Under the pieces are notes generated by a model. The model made no database searches. It was not told the origin of the DNA and was given only the letters and a program-made list of their open reading frames with translations. From Picochlorum sp. SENEW3 (lineage: Eukaryota), in the NCBI GenBank assembly GCA_034226945.1, contig CP120453.1, positions 744,001 through 808,000 of the forward strand: DNA of 64,000 nt, written 5' to 3'. Shown piece by piece: positions 1 to 12,880 of the stretch. The number at the start of each line of letters is the position of its first letter. The first letter of the stretch is position 1. A program made the position numbers and the translations under genes.

Positions 1-1565
1 AAACCAAGGTATGTCTTCTTTTTGGTCTTGAATCGGAGAGTATGCATTCACCCCTCGTTTCTCTGTGCAGAGCGTTGGTTAGGTTTATCAATATTGTGCT
101 TATTCTCGTGTTCGCGGCAATTCTGTTCGTGTACGGCGAATCGTTTTCTAGGTATGTGCATTTTTTGCTCAATTATAAACAGTTTTGATATTCTGGTATG
201 TATGGTATACCTTTGAATGCAGAAATGTGTTGGAAGGTGCCTCTGTGCTGCAACAGCAGGCAGTTGCGTCACCAGTAGAAAAGCCTTCAGAGTCTTTGGA
301 CGACAACCATACAACTAAAACTGTATTACAGACCGAAACATCACCACCTGTTACAACTGTGAGTCCACCCCAGAAAGAGAAGGACATTGTAGATGAGGTG
401 AAGCCACTGCAAGAGGAGAAGAGGGCAAAGGAAGAATCAGTGCAAGTGCCCACAGAACCCTCCCAAGAAGATGAGGATTATGATGAGCCTGAAGAAGCCG
501 ACAAGACTCAAAACGACACGGATTCTGATGGGAGCGAATTCCTCAAAGTCCTTGAGAAATGCAGGGACTTGATCTGCATTCAAGAGGCGCATGCAAAGCT
601 CCCCAGGAGTTCCGACATGTTCAACTTTCCACACTTTATGATTATCGGATTCCAGAAGGCAGCGACAACGTCATTAAAACAGTACGTGACATTCTTTTTT
701 AAATGCAAGGGAGAAGGTGTATACCATGTAGCGACTTTATGACTGCAGGTATTTAGAGAAGCATTCCCACATCATCAAACCAATGGTGAAAGAACCAAAC
801 TTTTTCCCATACGACTGCAAGGAAAAACCACCAGAGAAGTGCAGTGCGGCAAACACAACAAAATATATCACCAAAACATTACATCTTCAGCGATATATTG
901 ACGCAAAGGGGCAAGTGGCCACGTTTGAAGCGAGCACCCATATTGTTAGGGCAGGGCATAATTTGGCCCACAGAATGGCCAAGCTCATGCCTTGGCTCAG
1001 GATTATCATTCAACTTAGGGAACCAATCTCTCGAGCAGCATCCATGTTGATTCACAATAAGGATGTCAATTCCTTGGGATGCCTGATGCGCCAGGATATG
1101 GGCCACTGCCTGCTTCATCACTCTCAGATCACAGAGAAATCCACAACATCGTATCAACCAATTACATACACAGAGGCCCTACAACCATGGATTGACGCAT
1201 TCCCAAGGGACCAAATCCATGTTATCCAATACGAAGCGCTCACAAGCGAGAAATATGGGGAATCAGAACTGAAACGTGTGAAGAATTTCATTGGTGTGGA
1301 TGTCAATGAACACATGCAAGGGCTTGGGCTTCAAAATGCTCGGCGCTTCAGGATCAATCCCGAAGGATGGACCCTCAAAAGAAGTGAGTACGAAGAGCTC
1401 CTTGACATCGTCAGACCAGACACAGATTCATTTCTGGAACTCTTGTATGACAATGATTTGATAGATGACACCACGGACTGGAAGGAGATTTGGGAAGAGA
1501 TCTGGACCTCCAATTTGGATACCTGCAAAAATGAGAAAAATCGGTGCAATATCATGCTCTCGTGA
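1..1565 (+). CDS. Type II membrane PAPS-dependent sulfotransferase, copy 1 (5'-truncated by window; exons ..8, 71-151, 223-681, 749-1565)
   Basis: 5'-PSB motif IIGFQKAATTSL, KEPNFF and 3'-PB motif LREPISRAASM; TM exon (FINIVLILVFAAILFVY); GT..AG introns join ORFs 185-742 and 783-1565 in frame. Confidence 0.85.
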
Positions 1566-1675
1566 AAACGATTTTTATTTAGTAGAATAGATTTTAATGA
1601 TATATTGGAATTTTTTATCTCTTTAGAGGATGAATACGTTCAAAATAGCGTCGTTCCATTGACCGTTGCAACGAC

Positions 1676-2510
1676 ATGTCACAACACCGTTTGGGTACGA
1701 CACGATGCTTTCTCGACCAAGATATACTGGATATAACCAACCTTGCATACTTTTACAGGCATTTGTGAGACACCATTTACCTGGTCTCGGCTACAGGATG
1801 TGATTCAAGATGGTTCTTTGGAGGCTCTCAGCACTCTTGGGAGGACACCTGAGGTTTGGAGAGAATACCGCGATTTTAAAAACTCATACATACTGCAGCA
1901 TTATGCTTCTACGGTGGATTATCTCATGATACAGATTTTTCAATGCCCGTGCACGACAAACAATGGTATGCATTGAGTTTTTCCTTCTTGACATGGCAGG
2001 CATGTGAGCAGTGGCATCCTCATTCTTTCCTATCGCTGCAGAGGGAAAAAAGGTTCATATCAAACCAGAAGATTTTGAATCGAACCATAAGATCATCTGG
2101 AGGAAGAATGTACGTTACATTGGGGCAGCAATGTGGATTGCTGTTCTTTCATTGATGCATCCACAACAATGTGACTGAAACTGAGCTTGAGCAACCCATG
2201 GTGTGCAGGATTTCCCGTACAGTGTAGAGTCTGGGATTGAGCATTACATTCTCTGGGCAAACGTTCCTCTTGCAGAGAAGGATGTTGAGAGACATGTGCA
2301 GCAACAGTTTCCCAACAACACAAAGGACAGTTTGCTGTGGTTTGTCAATCCCATGGAGCTTCAATCAGTGCCAGAGGTGCGTTTGTTGTTTCCTGTGCTC
2401 TAGGTATATATATGCGAGTGCACTGACACGTTTCATCACCATGACAGTTATGGCATGCCCACATCATGGCCAACATGGAGACGAATGCACGTGTTTTGGA
2501 TGGAGTCTGA
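1676..2510 (+). CDS. DUF3605 / GIG1-like protein (multi-exon)
   Basis: Spliced ORF fragments give the family motifs LGR..Y, WRKNDFPY..GIEHYILW and WFVNPMELQSVPELWHAHI. Confidence 0.75.
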
Positions 2511-2629
2511 AAAGGACTGTGGCAGCAATGTATTTTTTTAGTGACTATTTATATAATTGTAGTACATGTAATTCGCATCTGATCTTGAAAATCTAGAACA
2601 CAGGGCAGAACTCCTAGTCCTGTCTACCC

Positions 2630-4033
2630 ATGGGAGTTGGGCGCAGATACAGGCAACCCGCAAGGTGTGTATCCCTATCTGAATGAAAAGATTGAAACTT
2701 TATGATAACCTATTGTTGCTTCTATGATCCGATAGTCGGTCTTTGTCGAATATCGTCTCTGCAGTGTTGGGGGCCGTTGTAACGATATTGATCTTCTACA
2801 TAGCAAACCTGCCCAGTATTCATGATGAGGCCCATGATTTTCATAATACCAGGTATGTATATATCTCACAGATTCGAGTAGAGTCTCTGTAGCGACGACT
2901 GATGCTTGCTTTCTTGCCCTTGCAGTGATTTTCCAACTGACACAACACCCTCCATTTCTTATCATACTGTGACCAGCACGCGTTCACCAGCTGAACAAGT
3001 AGAAGGAGGAGATATAGATGGTATTCCTGCAGAATTATATAGGCCTCCAGGACCACCAAATCCTAGAGCATCGAGCGAATTTTTAGACAAGATACCCACT
3101 TGTGATTCCCTAGAGTGCCTCAAGGAGGCTCACGAGTTACCACGGGGTGTTGCTAAATTCAACCACCCGCATTTCATTATCATAGGTTTTCAAAAGGCGG
3201 CAACCACATCATTATACTCTTATTTAGCGAGGCACAATGAGACACTTGCCTCTTCCATCAAGGAGCCTGAATTCTTTGTCAATGGATGCAAATCTCACAT
3301 TCCAGAGGGATGTTCGAAGAATGCAACAGTCAAATATATTCATTATACTCTGAGATCCTGGATATATTTAGATTGGAATGGGACAAAGGGTAGCTTTGAG
3401 GGCAGCACGCATATTGTGAGAGCAGGGGAAGAGCTGGCACCTCGATTGCTACACATGATGCCTTGGGTCAAGTTGATCGTATCATTGAGGGAGCCGATTT
3501 CACGGGCAGCATCCATGTTAATCCATAATGAAGATAGAAATAATATGGGATGTCTGGCGAGGTTTAATGACATGGGCAAGTGTCTTTTGAAGAGTTCACA
3601 ATTGAAAGATCCCAAAGATGGTGGACCAGATTCCTATCACGAGGCATTGGAGCCATGGATTTACACGTGGCCATCGACCCAATTATTCGTTGTTCAGTAC
3701 GAAGAGATGACAGATGAAGAGGACGGAGAACAGGAGCTTTTACGAGTAAAGCAGTACCTGGGCCTGGATCCAACATGGCCCAAGAATGGAGGACTTGAAA
3801 TGCGGAATGCCCGTCGGTTTAAGATCAAGCCAGAGGGATGGAGTATTTCTAGGCAGGACTATGAAACATTGGTAGACATTGCAAGGGAGGATATGAGAAA
3901 AACCTTGGATGTATTGGCAATCAAGTCATTGGTACAGCATAGAAAGTCCTGGGAGAGAAGATGGGAGAGCATATGGCAAAGCAACCTGGACTCGTGCGAT
4001 GATTCTGGAATGTGTAATATGGTGTTATCATAG
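2630..4033 (+). CDS. Type II membrane sulfotransferase, copy 2 (exons approx. 2630-2664, 2765-2852, 2926-4033)
   Basis: IIGFQKAATTSL, KEPEFF, LREPISRAASM; hydrophobic anchor in the upstream exon; C-terminal C-x4-C-x-LS ending like the other copies. Confidence 0.85.
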
Positions 4034-4293
4034 TCACTGTAAAGTAATACATTCGATCATCAAACCCCGCACTGATCCTGACAGGCAACATTTTTCCCCT
4101 GATTGACATGTCCAAGAGAGACTTGCCACATCATATGACCCATCCAAGAGAACTGTCCTAGAATTTGCATCCCCACAAGTTATCCAATGCTCAGAAGCGA
4201 AAATCTCGCCATTCATAAACTATTTGCAGTCTTCCAGCTACTTGTCTAGTCTTCGCTGCTACTATTTGTTTGTAGAACAACAACAGGATCAAT

Positions 4294-4554
4294 ATGAAGT
4301 TGTTTGCCGTCATCTGTGCTATGCTCATGATTGCATCAGCAGCATATGCCAAGGGCTTGGGTGACAAAGAGTTTTGCTATGCCAAGTCTGTTGAGTACAT
4401 CTGCGACACCATCAATGTGCTCGATGCATGCAGGGAAGCCTGCCCAGGTATCACTGACTGCGAATTGATCGTGGCAGTACCAAGAAGCAAGTGCAAGGCC
4501 TTTGCCTGGAAGCCAGGACCACAGTTCGAATGCGACCCAGCCTGCGGAAAGTAG
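4294..4554 (+). CDS. Small secreted cysteine-rich protein (86 aa, 8 Cys in mature part)
   Basis: Classical signal peptide MKLFAVICAMLMIASAAYA followed by a Cys-rich mature peptide; intronless ORF. Confidence 0.7.
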   Translation: MKLFAVICAMLMIASAAYAKGLGDKEFCYAKSVEYICDTINVLDACREACPGITDCELIVAVPRSKCKAFAWKPGPQFECDPACGK

Positions 4555-4830
4555 ACCCCCGTGCCTTGTCGCTTACAAACTGACAGAATCTGATTCACAC
4601 GAGTGCCCATCAATGTGTGAACATGCAGGAGATTCTTCATCCATTCCAGATGTCCTTGTTCAATGCTGACCATGATTGAATACTCCATTGACTGATCCGT
4701 GTAATCTTACCCATCTTTCACTTTTAATCTAATATAAATCTAGTATATGGGAAGAATTCAGCATAGAAATACCCCATATATGCTTGTTTCCTGCTTCTGA
4801 GCAGCAAGCAGTTGCAGATTTAGTTTTACG

Positions 4831-6492
4831 ATGGTTGTCCCGAATCCTCTAAAGACGGGATTCCAGAGGCCTATGCCGTACGTATATGACATAGATAATA
4901 TAAATATTACATAGTTTGAGCTCAGTGGACTCGTGTGTGCAGTTGGGCAATCATTTTGGGGATTGCGTTCGTTGGCGTTGTGTTGTTAAGCCCTTTGATT
5001 ATGACAATGGATAGAACAGAGATTAAAGAGACAATTATAGAGTCAAAAGGGTATGGTTGTGATGATATAGATGGCCCACCACTTTCAAACCCGTCGCTGT
5101 TGTTGCTATAGAGACGCCTCTTCTCTCTCTGTGTGCATACCTGACACTGTGTGTTTCTGTTCTTGTTGTTCAGGACTGCCCTGTCCTACTTGAATGCTTG
5201 GAGTGGTGGCAGTAAAGATGATGAAGATGGGAATGGGATGGAGATTGGTGATGATACGGTTGATTATGATGACTATGATGATGTGGAGAAGGTCCGTCAG
5301 GCACCCCCTTCTCCTAGGAAGATGGCGGTGGATGCAGAGGCTGTTGCGGAGAAATACTTTATGAAATCTCCTCCTCCTTCTTCTTCTCCTTCATCTTCTT
5401 CACAAGAAGAAGTAAAAAAGGATGAGGGGAAGAAGGTAGAAGTAGCAGATGGAAAAAAAAAGTCGAAAACATTTTTGCAAGCCTTGGCAGTGTGCAAGGA
5501 TATGGTGTGTGTGCGGGAGGCTCATCTGCTTCCTCGTGAGGAAGGTGTCACGTATAATTTCCCTCATTTTCTTATTATAGGATTCCAGAAGGCGGCTACA
5601 ACGTCTCTGCATGTGTACGTATGGCGTATGTTCTCGCGTGTTCTTCTGATGCTGACACCCTATATACATGCATATCTGTCTCTGCAGGCATTTGGGGAAA
5701 CATGATGATGCTCTGAGGCCTGCGAACAAGGAGCCCGAGTTTTTCACGAATGATTGCAAGAATAATCCTCCTGAAGGTTGCAAGAAGGGTACCAGTGAAA
5801 AGTACATTAAAGAAACCTTGCGACTGGATGATTTCATAGAATCCAAGGGTTCAAAGGCCACCTACGAGTCTAGCACACATGTTGTTCGTCGGGCTGAGAA
5901 GATGGCACCGGCACTGTACAAACTTATTCCTTGGACAAAGATTATTATATCACTTCGTGAACCAATCTCTAGAGCCGCTTCAATGCTGATTCATATGAAG
6001 GATGTGTATAATGAAGGGTGTTTGGCAGAGAAGGACCTTGGCTATTGCCTTCATGCCAGGTCCCAGATCCGTGGATTACATGATGGTACTAATACATATT
6101 ATGATGCTTTGAGTGAATGGTTTAAACATTGGCCAGCAGAACAGATTCATATTGTTCAGTATGAGGAGCTCACGAACCCAGACACAGAGGACTCTACAAT
6201 CTGGGATGTGAAGGAGTTTATTGGACTGGATCCCAAATTGCCCAAGGCTGGGTTGACCGTGATTAATGATAGACGATTTAGGATCCAACCTGATGGGTGG
6301 CCTATGGCAAAAAAGCAGTATGAGAAGGTCATCAATCTGGTAAAGCCGGATGTGGAGGCGACATTAGATTTGATGGAACGTCATGGAAAGGTCAAGGATA
6401 GAAAGAAATGGATGGAGCGATGGGAATCTGTGTGGGCCAAAAATTTGGAGACGTGTGATACAAATGACAAGTGTACCATCAATCTTTCATAG
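4831..6492 (+). CDS. Type II membrane sulfotransferase, copy 3 (exons approx. 4831-4877, 4943-5050, 5174-5614, 5688-6492)
   Basis: TM exon WAIILGIAFVGVVLLSPL, acidic/Pro stem, IIGFQKAATTSL, KEPEFF, LREPISRAASM; splice phases are consistent. Confidence 0.85.
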
Positions 6493-6678
6493 ACTGGATC
6501 GGTTCTGTAATAATGAACACATCAGTCATTCTCCATGGAATGGCCGGCCAACTGATAGCCACTTCGACATTAGTTGCTGCAACGACTTTGTCATATGTAT
6601 TCGCCGTGTTGTCTCTGCTGAGGCGTAAAGATTTCATCTTTTTTTATTATATTCATATACTATAATGGATACATAGTC

Positions 6679-8290
6679 ATGATGCGTTCGCCGAAAACAA
6701 AGCAGAGTGCAAGGTGCGTTTTGCTGTTTCCAAGACTCCTCAGAATCTCGAGTGAATGAATGGCGTCTTATTGAGGTTGGGATGAATAATTATGTACTAT
6801 GTCATGTAGATGGCTTAAGATGGCTGGATTTGCGGGTGCGGTGTGCGTGGCCCTGGTGCTCGTGTTCAGGTACGGTTGGCGTGGTTGGTGGAATGCTTTT
6901 CTCGTGGTGCTCATGTGTGGCTCTTGTTGTCTTATACAGTAATGTGGGGGAATATTCTGATCAGGAGGCGGCTGGGTATCCCGGTATCGCGATGAGGACT
7001 ATCAAAGGCCTCTCTGACGTTTTAACGTCCTTTACAAGACCAGAGTCATCTCTGCGTAGTGCTTCGGATGTAGCAAAGCCAGAGGATTCCTTCAGCCTGA
7101 AGAACCAGGAATCGATCATCACTGATGCCCAGAAACGAGTGAGATCTGCGGCCAATAGTGATAAAACGATTGAAACTATATCTCGTGCAGCAGATGAGGA
7201 AAGTGAGGAACGGGAAGCTGCTCTTGCAGCGATGATGGGAATCAACCATGGGTCGGAAGATACAAGTGCTGCTCCAATAGATAAGACAGCTGTTCGAGCG
7301 CGGCGATCTTTGGACAGGGTTGAAGCTGTACGAGGCTGTCACACACTGCAATGCTTGAGAGTGGCTCATGAAAAGCCTGCTGGGAAAGCAACCTTCAACT
7401 TTCCGCATTTCATGATTGTCGGATTTCAGAAATCTGCCACCACATCTCTTCATTATCATCTTGTCCGACATCCTAGTATAGCCAGACCTTGGGCGAAAGA
7501 GCCAGAGTTCTTTTCAGAGACATGTGGGTATGATATTGACCAATGTGATCCTGAGGATCTGAAAGACTACATCCAGAGAATTTTGAGGGTCAATAGATAT
7601 GCCGCATCTGATGGTCAGTTAGCTAATTATGAAGCTAGTACTCATTACTCCAGGGCGGGGCACAGATTGGCACCCATGATGGCACGAGAAATGCCTTGGT
7701 TGAAAGTCATCCTGTTGCTTAGAGAACCCATCTCTAGGGCTGCGTCCATGCTTGTGCACATCCTGGACAAAAATATGATGATAAAAAATCTCGGACCAGG
7801 AGGATGTCTGAAACATAGAAACATGGATTTGGGAGAATGCCTGTTGAGAACTTCTCAGATATCGGGACAGAGGAGTTTCCCAACAAACTACTCCACACCA
7901 TTAGAGGCGTGGCTCACGGCATTCCCGAAAGGGCAAGTGTATGTTGGACAATACGAAGCCCTCATTGATGATAAGACGCAGAAAGAAGAATTGAGGAAAA
8001 TCAAGAAATTCATCGGCATTGATCCAAACCTTCCCACTGGAGGTGATGCAGAGTTCATGTCTCGAAATTCTAGAAAAGGAAGCATAAACCCAGATGGGTG
8101 GCCTATGAAAAGGGATGTGTATCAGCACGCAATAGATATCGTTTTGGAGGATAGTAAGAAGGTTGCACGATTGGTTGACAAGTACGGATTCGCAGATGCC
8201 AGGACATGGTTGTCACGGTGGGAGGATGTCTGGCAAGCAAATATGGATTCGTGTGATGCCCAAGGGAATTGCAAAATTCAACTATCATGA
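6679..8290 (+). CDS. Type II membrane sulfotransferase, copy 4 (two short 5' exons, main exon from approx. 6939)
   Basis: IVGFQKSATTSL, KEPEFF, LREPISRAASM; TM exon MAGFAGAVCAVALVLVF-like hydrophobic anchor. Confidence 0.85.
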
Positions 8291-8366
8291 TCAACGATAT
8301 ACTATTCAGCACTTATATATGTTTCATATTCATTGGAAAAACAGAATATACGTATAAATAAAAATT

Positions 8367-9931
8367 TTACTCATTCACAGTATTTTTCTTCTTTGCCAGG
8401 GCCTGCTTAACTCCTCTGATGAGAAGCTGCGGCTCATACATCCTTCCGAATACCCCTTTATGAATCAAATCAAGTACAACATCCTTCTCATTCCAGACGA
8501 GACGCTCTTTGAAAAAGTCCATCAGTTCGTCATCATCTTTCAGGGAGGCTTCAAGGAAGGCAATCCGATCAAAATCCAAAATGAAACACTTCTCTGCATC
8601 CTGCTTCGTTGGAGCACAATCACATCTATCTCTTCTCGACTTCAAGTCGCTAAACTTATTGTACGTATAATGCAATACAGCCGCTTGCTCTGAAGACCAC
8701 TCCTTTGGCACAGATAGATAATTATGCCACCGGTGAGCACCGTTTGGTCTTAAACCTTCCTTCACCCTGGCTGCACTCTTACCATTCCCATAGGTCGTAA
8801 AATAATTTGGATTTCCCCTTGCAATAACGCCATAGTTTGAAAAGTATTCCTTCTGGTTGACATGTGCGTAGCTCTTCTTGAACAAAGTCACCTCCAAAAA
8901 CGGATCCTCCACATGCTCATGCTCTGCAAGCGACTCATAGTTTGGAAAGATCAATAGATCCACCGAATCAGGTACTTCCTGAAGTACCTCAATCAATGAG
9001 TAACTCTCAGATCCACTTGGGTATATCAATTCATCAGTATCAATGTGCAAGACCCAATCTACAGAGTCTTCCTTGGCAAATTGAATCCCCACTACAACGC
9101 ACACACACAAGATAGACGAATAAGATCACTGCTCCCATGACTAGTCAAAGTAAGGCCACTATAATATCAACGTACTTTCCATATTCAAACTCTGTTTGAC
9201 AAATAGCTCATGATTGCAGGGCTTGTTGAAAAACCCAGCCAACCATGTCTCATTCCATGCCCTACTTGTTGATTGCTTTTGCGTCAACTCTTCATCCCGA
9301 GGAATCACCTTTACCCCAGGCTCTTTTGATAACTGCTCTATTGATTCAGGAAGCCCTGCCACACCTTCAGCAAATATATAAAACAAAGACACACCAATGG
9401 CCCTATGGTATCCCATCCAGAGAATAATCTGATCTGGATGCTCAGATGTAGTCACCATGAAAGCAATTTTTAGTTTCTTACGCTCTCCTTCTGTTGGATC
9501 AAGATTCAAATGTATATTATTTTCAAAGGACACTGGCATGGGCCTTTGTCTCTTGGAGCTTCTTTCAAACGTATCACCCTTCCTCCCAAACGGCTTCTTC
9601 TTTGTGAGCATGGCCTCCAATTTCGGAATACCATCAACCTCGCGCATGAAATCCTTCTCACTACAAACATCGATTCGCAGATTCATCAGTATGGATGTAA
9701 AGGCATGCTAACGTAGCAAAGGACGTACTTGATTAGACCAGTCTCTGCAAGAAAAGGCACGCTATCCGAACTTCTCTCACTCATATGCAAGATGAGAGCA
9801 AATAATGCTAGCAAAAGAGGTATCAGAATAATAAATTTTACCAATGCCATGTTTTTTGAACTTATAGTGCCATTTTGTGATTTTGAGTACGAGTTACCAA
9901 CTATCACTGGAACTCCAGTCGTCCGAGCCAT
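8367..9931 (-). CDS. KOB1: KOBITO1/ELD1/ABI8-like glycosyltransferase-like protein (3 exons)
   Basis: Motifs WNETWLAGFFNKPCNHELFVKQSLNME, HIDTDELIYP (DxD), NYFTTYGNGKSAAR, GLRPNGAHRWHNY, LHYTY..FSDL.SRRDRC; N-terminal TM; introns approx. 9661-9728 and 9092-9175. Confidence 0.85.
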
Positions 9932-10344
9932 CTCGCAGCTCGATTATATCCGCCACGAACTCGTTCAATATCCTTGAATCAATATTTATCAATAAAAGAC
10001 TCAACCTTTGGTTCCTAGCGAGTGTACTGCTCCACAGAAGAGTGCTGCAACGTCTTTCTAGTACGTTGAAAAGCGCTCGTGACACATTCTGAGGACACTG
10101 TGACCAGATCTGATGCTATTCATGTACCATAAACCATTGCATTCTGTAGTAAACGCGCCTATGGTCTTGTTTAGGAGCAATGCTCGAGCATGTTTTAATG
10201 TATGTATTACGGAAGGGACCGGTCCTCAATGCCAATGCCAAATCCATATGCTGACTGTCGTGTATACCATGTACCTTAATATTTATTAGACCATCATTCT
10301 TCGTCCGCACAGGCATGGAATAGACGTATTCGGTTTCCATCTCA

Positions 10345-11502
10345 ATGTCTCTGGTACAACATTTCAGAAGAAGGAAATTCTTGACAGATATTTGCAAGAA
10401 AGCTATTCAATTAGGCCATGAGTATAAAACTAGCAAAGAATTAGTCAATAAGCGATCGTTTTTCTCGAGGTTCCAGCAAGGACAGACCGGCTCTTCTGTA
10501 TTGAGACCAAGTCAAAGGCCAAAGACACTGGTGCCTCAGAATCATCATGCGTGGCATGGATCGTATTATTATAATAGCTGGGGTCCTCGGAGAAGTGGAT
10601 ATGTTCGTTTTGACTCGGGTGGTAGGGCGCCACGGGACTGGATACAGAACAAAAGAAACCAGAGGATTGTTTTGATTGCTGGTGCTGGGTGTGTCTACAT
10701 CTATGTCTCTAGTAGACAGGAAATTCCCTATACGCATCGCTATCATTCTGTATTAGTGGATATAGATACAGAGAGGATGCTTGGTGAACAAACATTTCGG
10801 CAAATCCTTGCAGAGGCAAAGATGAACAGGTCTCTTTTGCCACCTCATCATATGGCATCACAGCTGGTGAGGCGGGTGGGCAAGAGAATTGCTGCTGTCG
10901 CAAGCGATGACTATGGAGGAGGATACAAAGAACAGATGAAGGGGATACAGTGGGAATTTGCTGTTATACAGTCGCCGGATGTAAATGCTTTTGTTGTCCC
11001 TGGAGGCAAGGTGGTTGTCTTCACTGGTCTATTAAATCTCATTCGATCTGAAGATGAGCTTGCCGCTGTTTTGGCACACGAAGTGGCTCATATTGTAGCA
11101 CGTCATGCTGCTGAACGAATGACGCAGGGGTCAGTGATTGAATTCATTAGGATGGTTGCCTACCTTGGGTTTGGCATTCCATTGTTCAGTGGACCATTGC
11201 AGGCATTGTTCTTTTTGCCAAACTCGCGCCAAGCTGAAACAGAAGCAGATACCATTGGAGTGCAACTAGCCGCTCGTGCTTGTTATGACGCGAGCGCTGC
11301 AGCAACAGTATTTGAAAAGCTTGGCAGGGAGGAGAAAAAGTCTGGCATGTCTTCCATCCCCGCATTTCTTAGAACACACCCTGTCACTGAGGAGCGAGTC
11401 AGGAATATCAAAGCCATGGTGCCGAAAACATCATTGCTTGCGGAAGAGAGTGGATGCAACGACATGCAGAGTTTTGCAGACTATGCTAAACGCATATTTT
11501 AA
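10345..11502 (+). CDS. OMA1: Mitochondrial metallopeptidase M48 (OMA1-like)
   Basis: VNAFVVPGGKVVVFTGLL, LAHEVAH (HExxH), ETEAD, FLRTHP motifs. Confidence 0.9.
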   Translation: MSLVQHFRRRKFLTDICKKAIQLGHEYKTSKELVNKRSFFSRFQQGQTGSSVLRPSQRPKTLVPQNHHAWHGSYYYNSWGPRRSGYVRFDSGGRAPRDWIQNKRNQRIVLIAGAGCVYIYVSSRQEIPYTHRYHSVLVDIDTERMLGEQTFRQILAEAKMNRSLLPPHHMASQLVRRVGKRIAAVASDDYGGGYKEQMKGIQWEFAVIQSPDVNAFVVPGGKVVVFTGLLNLIRSEDELAAVLAHEVAHIVARHAAERMTQGSVIEFIRMVAYLGFGIPLFSGPLQALFFLPNSRQAETEADTIGVQLAARACYDASAAATVFEKLGREEKKSGMSSIPAFLRTHPVTEERVRNIKAMVPKTSLLAEESGCNDMQSFADYAKRIF

Positions 11503-11527
11503 AGAAAAATCTAAAAAATTCAAATCC

Positions 11528-12880
11528 TCAGCTGAACCATCCTTTCTTCTTCTTTTTGCTGTCAGTCTCTTTCTGCATACCTTTTAATTGTTCTATCAGC
11601 TCCTTTTCCTCTCCACTGACACTCTTTGGAATCTTCACTTTGATGTGAACCAAATGGTCACCCCGGGCTGTGGATGCCCCCAACTTTGGCACACCCCTCT
11701 TGGACATGACCAATGTCGTCCCTGGCTGCGTTCCGGCAGGAACTTTTAAATCAACATCTCCATCAACCGTCGTCACTTGCACCGTTGTCCCCAAAATGGC
11801 ATCAATGTACGATATCTCCTTGTCAGAATGAATGGTTGTCCCTTCTCTTCTCAACTCTGGATGCGGTTTGACAGCAATGAATACATAAAGATCCCCATTA
11901 GGCCCTCCCTTCTTGCCTGCATCTCCCTCACCTCGTACACGCAGTCGACTTCCTTCGTCAACACCTGGTGGTACTCGTAATGAAATCTTCTTTGTTCCTC
12001 TCACACGCCCATCACCACTGCATGTACCACAAGGAGTAGATGTTTCACCCACACCGTTACAGGCTGGGCATGTGGAAACTTGCTGGAAAATACCAAGTGG
12101 GGTCCGCACTGCCTGAACCACCTGCCCTTGACCCTCACATGTTGCACATCTGCTTGGTGTCGTTCCTGGCTTCACACCAGACCCGTCACATGTGGAACAT
12201 TTCTCCAACCGAGACACCTCCACTTCCTTTTGACAACCAAACACGGCTTCAGAAAAGTCCAACTTGATATCATGGCGCCGATCATCCCCGGCAACAGGCC
12301 TATTCCTTGCTCTGGCTGCTCCTCCACCACCCATGCCACCCATACCTCCCATGCCTCCCATACCTCCCATACTCCCTCCAAAGAAACTCTCAAATATATC
12401 CATAGGATTGGTAAAATCAGATCCCATACCACCAAATCCAGCTCCTCCCATGCCTCCTCCTTTCAACCCATCCTCCCCAAATCGATCATAAATAGACTTT
12501 TTCTCTTCATCCGACAACACCTCATATGCTGCAGAAATATCCTTAAACTTGGCCTCAGCATCAGGCTCCTTATTCACATCAGGATGTAACTTTCTCGCCT
12601 TTTGGCGATACGCAGACTTGATCGTCTTTTTATCCGCATCCCGAGACACACCCAATATCTCATAAAAGTCTCTAGAAGCATATGTTACCACCGACGACCC
12701 CCGGCTCCTTCTCTGACAAGAGTGCCCACCATGCAGTCTACGACCACCTGATAACAGTATTGTACTACTAGGAATAGCAACACGTGCTCTACAAACGGCC
12801 ATCGACCTCCTCGTTCCACATGTGCTCCTAGCTGTCTGAGAGCAGCACAATGGCTGACGCATCATCATTCCACCGCACAA
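11528..12880 (-). CDS. dnaJ: Chloroplast class A DnaJ chaperone (possible tiny first exon near 13011-13015)
   Basis: Transit-like N-terminus, J-domain with HPD, G/F region, four CxxCxGxG repeats, C-terminal domain. Confidence 0.95.
   Translation of the reverse strand: MCGGMMMRQPLCCSQTARSTCGTRRSMAVCRARVAIPSSTILLSGGRRLHGGHSCQRRSRGSSVVTYASRDFYEILGVSRDADKKTIKSAYRQKARKLHPDVNKEPDAEAKFKDISAAYEVLSDEEKKSIYDRFGEDGLKGGGMGGAGFGGMGSDFTNPMDIFESFFGGSMGGMGGMGGMGGMGGGGAARARNRPVAGDDRRHDIKLDFSEAVFGCQKEVEVSRLEKCSTCDGSGVKPGTTPSRCATCEGQGQVVQAVRTPLGIFQQVSTCPACNGVGETSTPCGTCSGDGRVRGTKKISLRVPPGVDEGSRLRVRGEGDAGKKGGPNGDLYVFIAVKPHPELRREGTTIHSDKEISYIDAILGTTVQVTTVDGDVDLKVPAGTQPGTTLVMSKRGVPKLGASTARGDHLVHIKVKIPKSVSGEEKELIEQLKGMQKETDSKKKKKGWFS

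Noticed and set aside
12310..12460. Tandem CCCAT(A/G)CCT repeats
   Set aside because: They encode the GGM repeats of the DnaJ G/F region; not CRISPR or satellite DNA
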